Assembly (NCBI GenBank): GCA_963692945.1
Contig: OY843585.1
Coordinates: forward strand, 420,001-452,000
Source: Bdellovibrionales bacterium
GTDB taxonomy: Bacteria > Bdellovibrionota > Bdellovibrionia > Bdellovibrionales > UBA1609
Reading direction: 5' to 3'
Length of the DNA: 32,000 nucleotides
The position numbers were made by a program, and so were the translations under genes. The notes beneath the pieces are model-generated. The model was not told the origin of the DNA, did not search any database, and saw only the letters and a list, made by a program, of their open reading frames with translations. Shown here in pieces: positions 1-8,751 of the stretch. Each line of letters begins with the position of its first letter. Position 1 is the stretch's first letter.

Positions 1-1273
1 AATCTTCAAAAACTTCTCCTAGATGTTTATCTATAAAAACTTTTTTAGCTTTTTCTTTAGATGGAGTGGAAGAAGGTATCTCTTTATAAAAATTTATAAA
101 ATCTACTTTTTCTATGGAGCCTACAACAGGAGATTTGATTCTTTCTTCAATGACTTTAGAGAAAGTGTCTTCTTTAAAAATTTTATTCAACTGCTGATGT
201 AATTTTTTATCTTTTTTGCTAGAAAAAGCCCATGTTTCATAGATGTTATTAAAAAGTAGGTGAGAGTATTTAAGCTTATTGCTATCAACTTCTTCATCTT
301 TTTCATTGATTTCTTGTAGTGTAGCTATAATTTGTTTTCTAGCTTTGTCTTTGTCCTCTTTTGAAGATTGAGGATTTTCTAAAATTTGTTTGTTTTGAAT
401 CAGCTGGCATCCGTAGTTGTAAACATCTGTATAGTCATGGTTATCAATAGCCTTGGCGTTTTTACTATATGATTTCTTTTCCCAAGCTTCTATTGATGAT
501 ATATCACAATAATCAGTGCTTCTAAGCAATTGGTTTAAACCTTGTATAATAGTATCTTTTTTTTGAGAGCTTGGGTTTAGCTGTTTTAAAGATGCACTTA
601 CATTGTAAATATGATCATAGATTAAAGAGCTATCTGATTTTTCCTCATCAGTAGGTGCTTTGTTATGGAATCCATAAATTTTAGTATTAGGAAACATTCT
701 CAGATAGCGTGAGCTAAGAGGAGTTAATTCGTTAATAGAGGCAGAGTAAGATTGTTGAAACATAACAAAATCAGAAATATCGTGTGTCTCAGAGAATCGA
801 GCGACTTCAGAATTATTATTTTTTTTTGGGATTGTGTTTTCTCCAGTTCTGACTGGTTCAAGGTATTCGTCCGTTGCAGTATTACATCCGAGAAGCCATA
901 GAGATTTTATATGACTAAACCAATCCCTGTATTCTTCTTTACAAGAGAGTTTTTCCATATCTTTTAAGAAGAGTTTCTTTTTGCCATCTGTCCAATCTCC
1001 TAGATGATGACCTGATAGGATAAGACCATCACATTTAATCCCATCTTCTTTTGTTTTTTTTATCATTCTTTCAAAAGCTTTTTTTCCAAGTTCTCCTTTT
1101 GTTTCTCCCGCATAGAAATTGATAACATTGGCTTTCTTTTTTAATTTATCAGAAAGTTGTTTTTTATTTCTTTCAGATTTTTCTTTATTTAAATAAAATT
1201 GACAAATTGTAGGAGTCTCTGTGGTTGCTTTTATGGGAGTAAGGAATAGGAATAAACTAAATAAAATAACCAT
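1..1273 (-). CDS. Hypothetical secreted protein, C-terminus beyond the window edge (first 424 codons visible); possible clan-CD-like cysteine peptidase fold
   Basis: Absent from the ORF track because it runs off the window. Reverse-strand ATG at 1273..1271 opens an uninterrupted frame to position 1 (MVILFSLFLFLTPIKATTETPTICQFYLNKEKSERNKKQLSDKL...). It has a hydrophobic signal-like N-terminus. It contains DGLILSGHH (His codons 1009..1004) and, about 40 residues later, SLWLLGCNTA (Cys codon 886..884). Confidence 0.6.
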   Translation of the reverse strand, partial: MVILFSLFLFLTPIKATTETPTICQFYLNKEKSERNKKQLSDKLKKKANVINFYAGETKGELGKKAFERMIKKTKEDGIKCDGLILSGHHLGDWTDGKKKLFLKDMEKLSCKEEYRDWFSHIKSLWLLGCNTATDEYLEPVRTGENTIPKKNNNSEVARFSETHDISDFVMFQQSYSASINELTPLSSRYLRMFPNTKIYGFHNKAPTDEEKSDSSLIYDHIYNVSASLKQLNPSSQKKDTIIQGLNQLLRSTDYCDISSIEAWEKKSYSKNAKAIDNHDYTDVYNYGCQLIQNKQILENPQSSKEDKDKARKQIIATLQEINEKDEEVDSNKLKYSHLLFNNIYETWAFSSKKDKKLHQQLNKIFKEDTFSKVIEERIKSPVVGSIEKVDFINFYKEIPSSTPSKEKAKKVFIDKHLGEVFED

Positions 1274-1496
1274 TTTCTAATGATAACAAAAGCTCTTGAG
1301 ATTTTTGAAAAGATAAGTTTTTTTTAAGGAAAAATAGGCAGAAAGTCTTAAATGTTTCTAAATGAAAAAGAGACTTTATCTTACAACACATACTTTTAAA
1401 CAAATAAGAGACAAACTGAGTGACTTTCTTCTTTCTTTTCTTTTGAAAAATTGATATAGAAACATAAGTTTTTATAGGATAATACTAGGGGTTTGG

Positions 1497-2330
1497 ATGA
1501 AAATTTTTAAAGTTTGTAAAATAAAATACTGGTTTGTATCTATTTTGTTTTTTTCTACAATTGGCTTGGCTCAAGAAAACCCTCTTATTTACTCTAAACA
1601 TTGGTATGGAAATAGGCCTTTGTCTAAAGGAAGTGATAAAAAAGAAATGCTATTGATTTATGATTTATTTACAGTTTCTTTTGATGCCAATAAAAAATTT
1701 GCAAGATGGCTAGCCTACCAATTGTCTCCTAATGTGGTGTGGGGCTTTTTGAAAGAGGAAAGATTTTTTAAAAAAGACTTGCATCTTTTAGACAATTCTC
1801 ATGCAAATCTTGCACTAGGTTCTAAAGTTTATAAAGGAGCGAATCAGTTTAATTATGAAAAGGGGCATTTAGCTCCTTTAGGTTCTTTTAAGGCTTCTGC
1901 TTTCTCTTATCAGTTACAGTATTTAAGTAATATTGTTCCTCAAAAAAGAAGTTTAAATAGAGGGCCATGGAAACATTTAGAATCAAAAGTCAAAAAATTT
2001 GTTAATAAGGGTCATGAATTGAGGATTGTAACAGGAACCCTTTATGGAGATAATAATTATGGAAAAGCTTATGGAAAAGTTTTAGCTCCTTGGCGAGAAA
2101 TCAATGGGAAGGTTCGCCAAATCCCTTCTGGTTTTTGGAAAATGGTGTCTTTTAAAAATAAGAGTATTATAAAAACCTGTTCATTTATTATGCCTCAAGA
2201 CATTTTCAGTAGAACGGTGTCCTTTAAAAAATACATTGTGAAAACAAAGACCTTAAAGGAATACACAGGCTTAATTTTTTTTCAAGGGGTGAAAGCATCG
2301 GTTAAGGATGACTGTAGTTTTTTAAATTGA
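1497..2330 (+). CDS. Secreted DNA/RNA non-specific endonuclease (Serratia NucA / EndoG beta-beta-alpha-Me family)
   Basis: N-terminal signal-like segment (WFVSILFFSTIGLAQE). EKGHLAP matches the (D)RGH catalytic motif. Downstream LSNIVPQ (metal-binding Asn) and NRGPWKHLE follow in the family's order. An AGGGG Shine-Dalgarno lies 5 nt upstream of the ATG. Confidence 0.8.
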   Translation: MKIFKVCKIKYWFVSILFFSTIGLAQENPLIYSKHWYGNRPLSKGSDKKEMLLIYDLFTVSFDANKKFARWLAYQLSPNVVWGFLKEERFFKKDLHLLDNSHANLALGSKVYKGANQFNYEKGHLAPLGSFKASAFSYQLQYLSNIVPQKRSLNRGPWKHLESKVKKFVNKGHELRIVTGTLYGDNNYGKAYGKVLAPWREINGKVRQIPSGFWKMVSFKNKSIIKTCSFIMPQDIFSRTVSFKKYIVKTKTLKEYTGLIFFQGVKASVKDDCSFLN

Positions 2331-2367
2331 TCTTTTCTTAAAAGAAAAATAATAATAGTATTAAACC

Positions 2368-3927
2368 ATGATTCTAGATTCTTATATAAATACCCAGTCT
2401 AAGGAGTTTAAATCCAATTTCAATTTTATGAAAAATAGAGTTGAAGAATTAAAAAAAAATACAGATGCTGTTATTGCAAAAGGGTCTGTGAGTAATAAAG
2501 ACACAAAAATTTCTGTTAGAGAAAGGATTGAGCGTCTTAAGGATTCTAACACTGGTTTTTTAGAAATTTCTCCTTTAGCAGCTTATGGTGTTTATGGAAA
2601 TAAATCTCCTGGTGCAGGAATTGTTACAGGTATAGCACAAATTTCAAATAGAGAATGTGTTGTTATAGCGAATAATCCATCTGTGAAGGGAGGGACTTAT
2701 TTTCCTCTTACGGTTAAAAAACATTTAAGGGCTCAAGAGATTGCTTTAGAAAATCATCTTCCTTGCATTTATTTAGTGGACAGTGGAGGGGCTTATCTTG
2801 CTCTTCAAGCAGAAGTTTTTCCAGATAAAGATCATTTTGGTCGTATTTTTTACAATCAAGCTCAGCTTTCGGCTAAAGGTATTAGTCAAATTGCTGTTGT
2901 TTTAGGAAGTTGTACAGCTGGTGGGGCTTATGTTCCTGCTATGGCTGATGAAAATATTATTGTTAAAAATCAAGGAACTGTTTTTTTAGGAGGACCTCCT
3001 CTTGTAGAAGCAGCAACAGGGGAAAAAGTCAGTGAGGAAGAATTAGGTGGAGCGAATCTTCATTGTAAAGTGTCTGGTGTTTGCGATCATTTGGCTGAAA
3101 CAGAGGAAGAGGCTTTAGAACTAACTAAGCAAATTGTAAGTCGGTTAAAACCTCCAAAGTCTTTTGATCTTTATCAAGAGCCAAAAGACCCTATTCACCC
3201 AATAGAAGATTTATATGGTCTTGTGCCTAAGGATTTAAAAACTTTGTTTGATATGAGAGCTCTTCTTGCTCGTATTTTAGATGGGAGTGAATTTAATGAA
3301 TTTAAAGCAGAGTATGGAAAAACTTTATTAACAGGTTGGGGGCATCTTTGTGGTTCTCTTGTTGGTGTCGTTGCTAATAATGGAATTTTGTTTTCTGAAA
3401 GTGCTTTAAAAGGGGCTCACTTTATTGATCTTTGTGATCAAAGAGAAATTCCTCTTATTTTTTTACAAAACATTACAGGGTTTATGGTGGGTAAAAAATA
3501 TGAAGAAAGTGGTATTGCTAAAAATGGTGCTAAAATGGTGCAAGCCGTGAGCTTGGCTCGTGTTCCTAAGTTTACAGTTATAGTTGGTGGTTCTTTTGGT
3601 GCTGGTAATTATGGATTATGTGGAAGAGCTTATCAGCCTAGATTTTTATGGATGTGGCCATCCGCGCGTGTATCTGTTATGGGAGGTCAACAAGCTGCTG
3701 ATGTTTTATGGGCTCTTAAAAAAGATACGGGAGTGGATGAAAATAAAATCAAAGATCCTATTTTAAAAAAATATCAAGAAGAAAGTGATGCTTACTATGC
3801 AACGGCTCGGCTTTGGGATGATGGTTTAATTGATCCTATGGACACAAGAAAAATTTTAGCTATGGGACTTAACGTTTCAAAACAAAATCCACTTCTTGAA
3901 AGACAAAAAGGTATCTACAGAATGTAG
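2368..3927 (+). CDS. liuB: Methylcrotonyl-CoA carboxylase, carboxyltransferase (beta) subunit
   Basis: 519 aa with the typical acyl-CoA carboxyltransferase layout ([19 protein letters not shown]..., [49 protein letters not shown]). Assigned to MCC rather than PCC from the context of an enoyl-CoA hydratase, a biotin carboxylase and HMG-CoA lyase. Confidence 0.85.
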   Translation: MILDSYINTQSKEFKSNFNFMKNRVEELKKNTDAVIAKGSVSNKDTKISVRERIERLKDSNTGFLEISPLAAYGVYGNKSPGAGIVTGIAQISNRECVVIANNPSVKGGTYFPLTVKKHLRAQEIALENHLPCIYLVDSGGAYLALQAEVFPDKDHFGRIFYNQAQLSAKGISQIAVVLGSCTAGGAYVPAMADENIIVKNQGTVFLGGPPLVEAATGEKVSEEELGGANLHCKVSGVCDHLAETEEEALELTKQIVSRLKPPKSFDLYQEPKDPIHPIEDLYGLVPKDLKTLFDMRALLARILDGSEFNEFKAEYGKTLLTGWGHLCGSLVGVVANNGILFSESALKGAHFIDLCDQREIPLIFLQNITGFMVGKKYEESGIAKNGAKMVQAVSLARVPKFTVIVGGSFGAGNYGLCGRAYQPRFLWMWPSARVSVMGGQQAADVLWALKKDTGVDENKIKDPILKKYQEESDAYYATARLWDDGLIDPMDTRKILAMGLNVSKQNPLLERQKGIYRM

Positions 3928-3943
3928 ATAAAAGAGGTTCATT

Positions 3944-4714
3944 ATGTCACAAGTTAATATTAGTAAAATGAAAGATGATAAAATGGTTCATATTCAATTG
4001 AATCTTCCTGAAAAAAGAAATGTTCTTACAATGGAAATGATTTTGGAATTAACCAATGTTTTTTCACAACTGTCACAAAATAAAGATATTCAAGCTATTC
4101 TTTTATCTGGGAAAGGGACTAACTTTTGTGCTGGTGGAGATTTAAGATGGCTGAATTTAAAATTAGGAAGTTCTGATTTAGAAAACACTCAAGAAGTTAC
4201 AAATTTATTTACACTGTTTGATGTGATGTACGCTTGTCCGATTCCTATTATTGGCAAAGTTCATGGCTCTGTTTTTGGAGGAGGTTTAGGCTTAGTTTCT
4301 GTGTGTGATGTTGTTGTTGCTCAAAGAGATGCGCAATTTTGTTTTAGTGAATTAAAATTAAGTTTGATACCTTCTACTATTGCTCCTTTTGTGTTAAAAA
4401 AAATTCCTCTCTCTCAGGCCAAAGAATTGATTTTATCGGCTAGAGTTTTTACAGCCGAAGAGGCTTTAAAGATGGGGTTGATTCATTTTTATGGTGATGG
4501 GAAAGAGTGTGAAACTTATATTAATAATTTAATAGATAGATTTTTAAATTATGATCAAATAGCTCTCAGACAAGCTAAGAAACTTTTAAATAATATTCCC
4601 AGTCTTTCCTCTGATAAAGTTAAAGAGTATTGCATTCAATCTCTGGCAGAAAGAAGAAAAAACCCTGAAGTTTTAAAAAGAATTACTAAATTTTTAAAAA
4701 AATCTACAAAGTAA
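3944..4714 (+). CDS. liuC: Enoyl-CoA hydratase/isomerase (crotonase) family, probable methylglutaconyl-CoA hydratase
   Basis: Crotonase signature (KGTNFCAGGDL, GKVHGSVFGGGLGLVSVCD). AAGAGG Shine-Dalgarno upstream. Sits between the two MCC subunit genes. Confidence 0.75.
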   Translation: MSQVNISKMKDDKMVHIQLNLPEKRNVLTMEMILELTNVFSQLSQNKDIQAILLSGKGTNFCAGGDLRWLNLKLGSSDLENTQEVTNLFTLFDVMYACPIPIIGKVHGSVFGGGLGLVSVCDVVVAQRDAQFCFSELKLSLIPSTIAPFVLKKIPLSQAKELILSARVFTAEEALKMGLIHFYGDGKECETYINNLIDRFLNYDQIALRQAKKLLNNIPSLSSDKVKEYCIQSLAERRKNPEVLKRITKFLKKSTK

Positions 4715-4716
4715 AT

Positions 4717-6180
4717 ATGAGTGCCATTACAAAAATAGCGATTGCCAATAGAGGAGAGATTGCAAAAAGAATTATAACAACTTGTCATCAGATGGGTGTG
4801 CAAACGGTGTTACTTTATGCTTCAGAGGATACAGAAAATGAAGCTTTTCGTTTAGCTGGAGAAACCATTTGTATAGGTCCTTCTAATATTTCAGATTCTT
4901 ATTTAAATATTGAAAGTAATATTTCTGGAGCTTTAGGAGCTGGAGCTCAAGCTCTTCATCCTGGCTATGGTTTTCTTTCAGAAAACGCTGAATTTGCTAG
5001 GGAGTGTGAAAATAAAGGACTTCTTTTTATAGGTCCTAAAGCAGAGACTATAGATTTATTTGGAAATAAAATCAAAGCAAGAAATCTTTGTGAAAAATTG
5101 AGAGTTCCTGTTTTGCCAGGTTGGGCAGGAGATATGAGTGATGAAAAACTGTTGGTGAGTAAGGCGAAAGAGATTGGTTATCCTTTAATGGTCAAGGCGG
5201 CTTGTGGAGGTGGAGGCAGAGGTTTGAGAGTGGCTCATACAGAAGAAGAATTAAAAAAATTTGTATTTGATGTCCGTTCGGAAGCAAAAAAAAGTTTTAA
5301 TAATGAAGAGATTTTTATAGAAAAATATTTAGATTCAGCAAAGCATATAGAAGTCCAAGTCTTTGGCTCAGCAGATGGGGAAATTCATATTTTAGGTGAT
5401 AGGAATTGTTCTCTTCAGCGACGGCATCAAAAAATTATAGAAGAAGCTCCTTCAAATCTTCCTGAAAATATTAAAGAAGAAATGGCAGAGATTTGTAAAG
5501 AATTTTGTTATGCACTTCAATATTGTGGAGCAGGGACTATAGAGTTTTTGTTTCAAGATGGAAAATTCTATTTTTTAGAGATGAATACACGGCTTCAAGT
5601 AGAGCATACAGTTACAGAAATGATTTTTGGAGTGGATTTAGTAAGGTCTCAGATATTAACAGCTATGAAACAACCTGCTTTTTTAGAAAACCAAACTTTC
5701 ATGCCTCAAGGTCACAGCCTTCAATGTCGTATTTGTGCAGAAGATCCTAGCAATCAATTTCTCCCTGTTATTGGAACTCTTTTGAATTGTGTTTGGCCTC
5801 AAGGTTTATGGAGAAGAGTGGATTCTGGTTTTAAAAAAGGAGACACAATTTCTATTCAATATGATTCTCTAATAGCAAAAATTATCACTCGGGATAATCA
5901 TCGTGTTCGGAATGTAGAAAGAATGAAGAAGGCTTTAGAGGAAACCATTCTTTTTGGTTTCCCAACCAATATTCCATTTTTACTTGATGTTTTGTCTCAT
6001 CCCTTGTTTGTAGAGAACCAGATAAATATAGATTCATTAGAAACTCAATTGGTTAAAGATTGGAATCCAGAAAAGTTTCCATTAGAAGATGGTTTGGCTC
6101 AAAAAATATTTCAAAATTTGGAGCCTTCTTTCAAAGGAAAAAAGAAATCTTCTTTTAACCCTTGGACTGACTTTAGGTAA
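4717..6180 (+). CDS. liuD: Biotin carboxylase portion of the methylcrotonyl-CoA carboxylase alpha subunit (no biotin-carrier domain)
   Basis: ATP-grasp biotin carboxylase motifs (KIAIANRGEIA, MVKAACGGGGRGLRV, EMNTRLQVEHTVTE). Ends at TAA 6178..6180, before any biotinyl domain. Confidence 0.85.
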   Translation: MSAITKIAIANRGEIAKRIITTCHQMGVQTVLLYASEDTENEAFRLAGETICIGPSNISDSYLNIESNISGALGAGAQALHPGYGFLSENAEFARECENKGLLFIGPKAETIDLFGNKIKARNLCEKLRVPVLPGWAGDMSDEKLLVSKAKEIGYPLMVKAACGGGGRGLRVAHTEEELKKFVFDVRSEAKKSFNNEEIFIEKYLDSAKHIEVQVFGSADGEIHILGDRNCSLQRRHQKIIEEAPSNLPENIKEEMAEICKEFCYALQYCGAGTIEFLFQDGKFYFLEMNTRLQVEHTVTEMIFGVDLVRSQILTAMKQPAFLENQTFMPQGHSLQCRICAEDPSNQFLPVIGTLLNCVWPQGLWRRVDSGFKKGDTISIQYDSLIAKIITRDNHRVRNVERMKKALEETILFGFPTNIPFLLDVLSHPLFVENQINIDSLETQLVKDWNPEKFPLEDGLAQKIFQNLEPSFKGKKKSSFNPWTDFR

Positions 6181-6183
6181 AAA

Positions 6184-6564
6184 ATGAAATTTTTCGAGAT
6201 AGAATGGCAGGGAAAAATCTATAAATTTTGGGCTCAAAGAGACAGAAACTTTTTATGGATTCATTATAAAGGTTGCACTTGGCGATGGAATGCTGAAAAA
6301 GATTCTGGAAGAAAGTTAAAAAAGAAACAAAAGACACTTAAAGGACTTATTTTGTCTTCTATACCTGGCCGAATTGATGGTATATTTGTTCAAAAAGGTG
6401 ATAAAATTCAAAAAGGTCAGGCTTTATTAGTTATGTCTGCTATGAAAATAGAATACAATTTTAGAGCAGAAGCCCATGGAATAGTGGAAGATATTTACTG
6501 TGAATCAGGTCAAACAGTGAGTGCAGATCAGGAATTAATAAAAATAAATTATGCCTCCAATTAG
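6184..6564 (+). CDS. Biotin-carrier (biotinyl/lipoyl-like) domain protein, detached C-terminal part of MCC alpha
   Basis: IPGRIDGIFVQKGDKIQKGQALLVMSAMKIEYNF... matches the PMPG...EAMKME biotinyl-domain pattern and retains the biotinyl Lys (AMK). It is in the same reading frame as 4717..6180, separated only by TAA-AAA. AGG lies 6 nt upstream of the ATG. Confidence 0.7.
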   Translation: MKFFEIEWQGKIYKFWAQRDRNFLWIHYKGCTWRWNAEKDSGRKLKKKQKTLKGLILSSIPGRIDGIFVQKGDKIQKGQALLVMSAMKIEYNFRAEAHGIVEDIYCESGQTVSADQELIKINYASN

Positions 6565-7456
6565 TGTTTTAGAAGTGGGACCTAGAGATGGTCTTCAAAA
6601 TGAAAAAGTTTTTTTATCTTTAGAAGATAAAATAGAGTTGATTAAAAGACTGTCTTTTTCAGGATTAAAAAGAATAGAAATTGGTTCTTTTGTATCTCCT
6701 AAAATTATACCTCAAATGAAAGATACAAAAGAAGTGGTAAAAAAGGTTTTACAGATTCAACAACGTAATGAAATAGATCAAGATATTCAGTTTTCAGCTT
6801 TAGTTCCTAATTTAAAAGGATTAGAGGGAGCCGTTCAATCTGGTTTGAAAGAGGTGGCTCTATTTTTAGCTTGCACAGATAGTTTTTCCACGAAAAATAT
6901 AAATCAAACGGTAGAGGAAAGTTTAAAAAATTATAAAGAAGTTTCTAAAGAAGCGATTGGTCAGGGGTTAAAAGTTAGAGCTTATTTGAGTGTCTGTTTT
7001 TCCTGTCCTTATGAAGGAGAGATATCTCCTGAAAAAGTTCTTGAGCTTGTTGAAAAAATACAAGATTTTAATGTTTATGAAATATCTATTAGTGACACTG
7101 TTGGAGTGGCAACTCCTCAACAAGTTCAATATCTGCTTAAAACTTTGTCAAAAAAAATAAAATTTAATAAATTAGCACTTCACTTTCATAATGTTCATGG
7201 TATGGCTTTAGCGAATGTTTGGACGGCTTATCAAATGGGTATCACTTCTTTTGATGGCAGTGTTGGAGGTTTAGGAGGTTGTCCTTATGCTAATGTGGAA
7301 ACAGGAAATGTATCTACAGAATCTTTATTTTATTTACTAGAAGGAGCTCAGTCTCCTTATTTAAAAGGTTTGATAAAAACGGGGCAATGGTTACAATCTA
7401 AGTTGCAAAAAAAACTCTCTTCTCCTTTGTTAAAATCTCCTTATTATAAAGATTAA
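6551..7456 (+). CDS. liuE: Hydroxymethylglutaryl-CoA lyase
   Basis: N-terminal EVGPRDGLQNE signature, HFHNVHGMALAN and GGLGGCPYA motifs. Overlaps the upstream ORF by 14 nt (operon-like). Confidence 0.85.
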   Translation: MPPISVLEVGPRDGLQNEKVFLSLEDKIELIKRLSFSGLKRIEIGSFVSPKIIPQMKDTKEVVKKVLQIQQRNEIDQDIQFSALVPNLKGLEGAVQSGLKEVALFLACTDSFSTKNINQTVEESLKNYKEVSKEAIGQGLKVRAYLSVCFSCPYEGEISPEKVLELVEKIQDFNVYEISISDTVGVATPQQVQYLLKTLSKKIKFNKLALHFHNVHGMALANVWTAYQMGITSFDGSVGGLGGCPYANVETGNVSTESLFYLLEGAQSPYLKGLIKTGQWLQSKLQKKLSSPLLKSPYYKD

Positions 7457-7472
7457 GAGGAGTGTTTTTAAA

Positions 7473-8624
7473 TTGGAAAGAAAATTGATCGGAAAAAAAT
7501 TTTCATCTAAAGCAGCCATGCATCTTTCTATAGAGGAGGCAAAAAAAGGTAAAGGTTGGGTTTCTCCTAATCCTCCCGTTGGCTGTGTTATTTTAGATAA
7601 GAATCAATGTTTTTTATCAAGTGCTTATCATAAAGCCTATGGAAAGCATCATGCTGAAATGGAAGCCTTAAAAAAAATAAAAAATAAAAAATCACTTAAG
7701 GGAGCTCATGTTTATGTGACTTTAGAGCCTTGTGCTCATTATGGAAAGACGCCTCCTTGTGTGGAGGCTTTAATAAAATATCCATTAAGTTCTGTTCATT
7801 ATGGTCAGAAAGATTGTAATCCTAAAACAAGAGGACTTGGTATTAAGAAGTTAAAAGATAAAGGAATTGCGACAAAGAAATACACCTACTTTAAAAATTC
7901 TATCAAAGATTTATATGAAGTCTTTAATTACAATAAGATTCAACAAAAAACATTTGTTTCTTTAAAAGTGGCAACTTCTTTAGATGGTATGATCGGTTTA
8001 CAAGATGGTTCTAGCCAATGGATTACATCTCAATCTGCTAGAGATTATGTCTCTGTTTTAAGAGCCCATAATGATGCTGTTTTAATTGGTGTTGGGACTT
8101 TTTTAGAAGACAATCCTAAATTAAATAGTAGAAAACCACCTTTTCATAGAAAGAAAAACAAGGTTGTCATTTTAGATCCTTCTGGTCATTCTTTAGATCT
8201 CTTAGAAAAATCTAATCTTTCTAAAGTGAGGTCTCTTTCGCATATTATTGTTGTTACAAAAGACAAGCCTAGTGTTGGAAAAAGAAAAATGAAAGTGATT
8301 CGATGTCTTTGGAATGCTTCAAAAAATCAGTTCGATTTAAAAAAATTAAAATCTATTTTATATCTTGAGTTTGGAATAGGTTCTGTTTTGGTTGAAGGAG
8401 GTGCCAATACTTTCTCTTCCTTTTTAGAACAAGAGGAGGCAGAGATTTTATATCAATTTTTAAGTCCTTGTATTTTAGGTGGTGAACAGGGCATTTCTTG
8501 GTCGGAACAATTAAAAATTGCAGATTTGAGAAAAAAAAAGGTTGTTCAATTGGTTGATCATTTCTACAAAGAAAAAGACTTATTTTTGAAGTTTTCTTTC
8601 TCAAAAAATTTAAAATCCGACTGA
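7473..8624 (+). CDS. ribD: Bifunctional riboflavin biosynthesis protein RibD (pyrimidine deaminase / uracil reductase)
   Basis: Deaminase zinc motifs HAEMEAL and EPCAHYGKTPPC, with PNPPVGCVIL upstream. Reductase half present (KVATSLDGMIG, LVEGGANTFSSF). TTG start at 7473 is supported by GAGGAG 10 nt upstream and by the need for N-terminal residues before the AMHLSIEEA helix. Confidence 0.85.
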   Translation: MERKLIGKKFSSKAAMHLSIEEAKKGKGWVSPNPPVGCVILDKNQCFLSSAYHKAYGKHHAEMEALKKIKNKKSLKGAHVYVTLEPCAHYGKTPPCVEALIKYPLSSVHYGQKDCNPKTRGLGIKKLKDKGIATKKYTYFKNSIKDLYEVFNYNKIQQKTFVSLKVATSLDGMIGLQDGSSQWITSQSARDYVSVLRAHNDAVLIGVGTFLEDNPKLNSRKPPFHRKKNKVVILDPSGHSLDLLEKSNLSKVRSLSHIIVVTKDKPSVGKRKMKVIRCLWNASKNQFDLKKLKSILYLEFGIGSVLVEGGANTFSSFLEQEEAEILYQFLSPCILGGEQGISWSEQLKIADLRKKKVVQLVDHFYKEKDLFLKFSFSKNLKSD

Positions 8625-8751
8625 TTTTATGGATTTTTTCCCTATTGGAATCTTAAAAATATCAAATTTTACTACAATAATGAGTCCAGTCCGTAGAGGT
8701 TCTTTAGTTATAGCCTTTAAAATTTGATAAATATAAGATAAAATAGGAATA

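Noticed and set aside
3584-3766. 60-aa ORF nested in another frame inside the MCC beta-subunit gene. The same applies to 5505-5750 inside the biotin carboxylase gene, 13869-14057 inside the Rrf2 gene, and 19350-19538 across the nfu/ctp junction.
   Set aside because: All lie wholly or largely within well-supported, motif-bearing genes on the same strand. Their translations are low-complexity and hydrophobic with no Shine-Dalgarno, which is typical of chance ORFs.
7457-7472. Looked for an FMN riboswitch (RFN element) upstream of ribD
   Set aside because: Only 16 nt separate the HMG-CoA lyase stop from the ribD start, which leaves no room for an element of about 150 nt. ribD appears to be co-transcribed with, or read through from, the liu genes.
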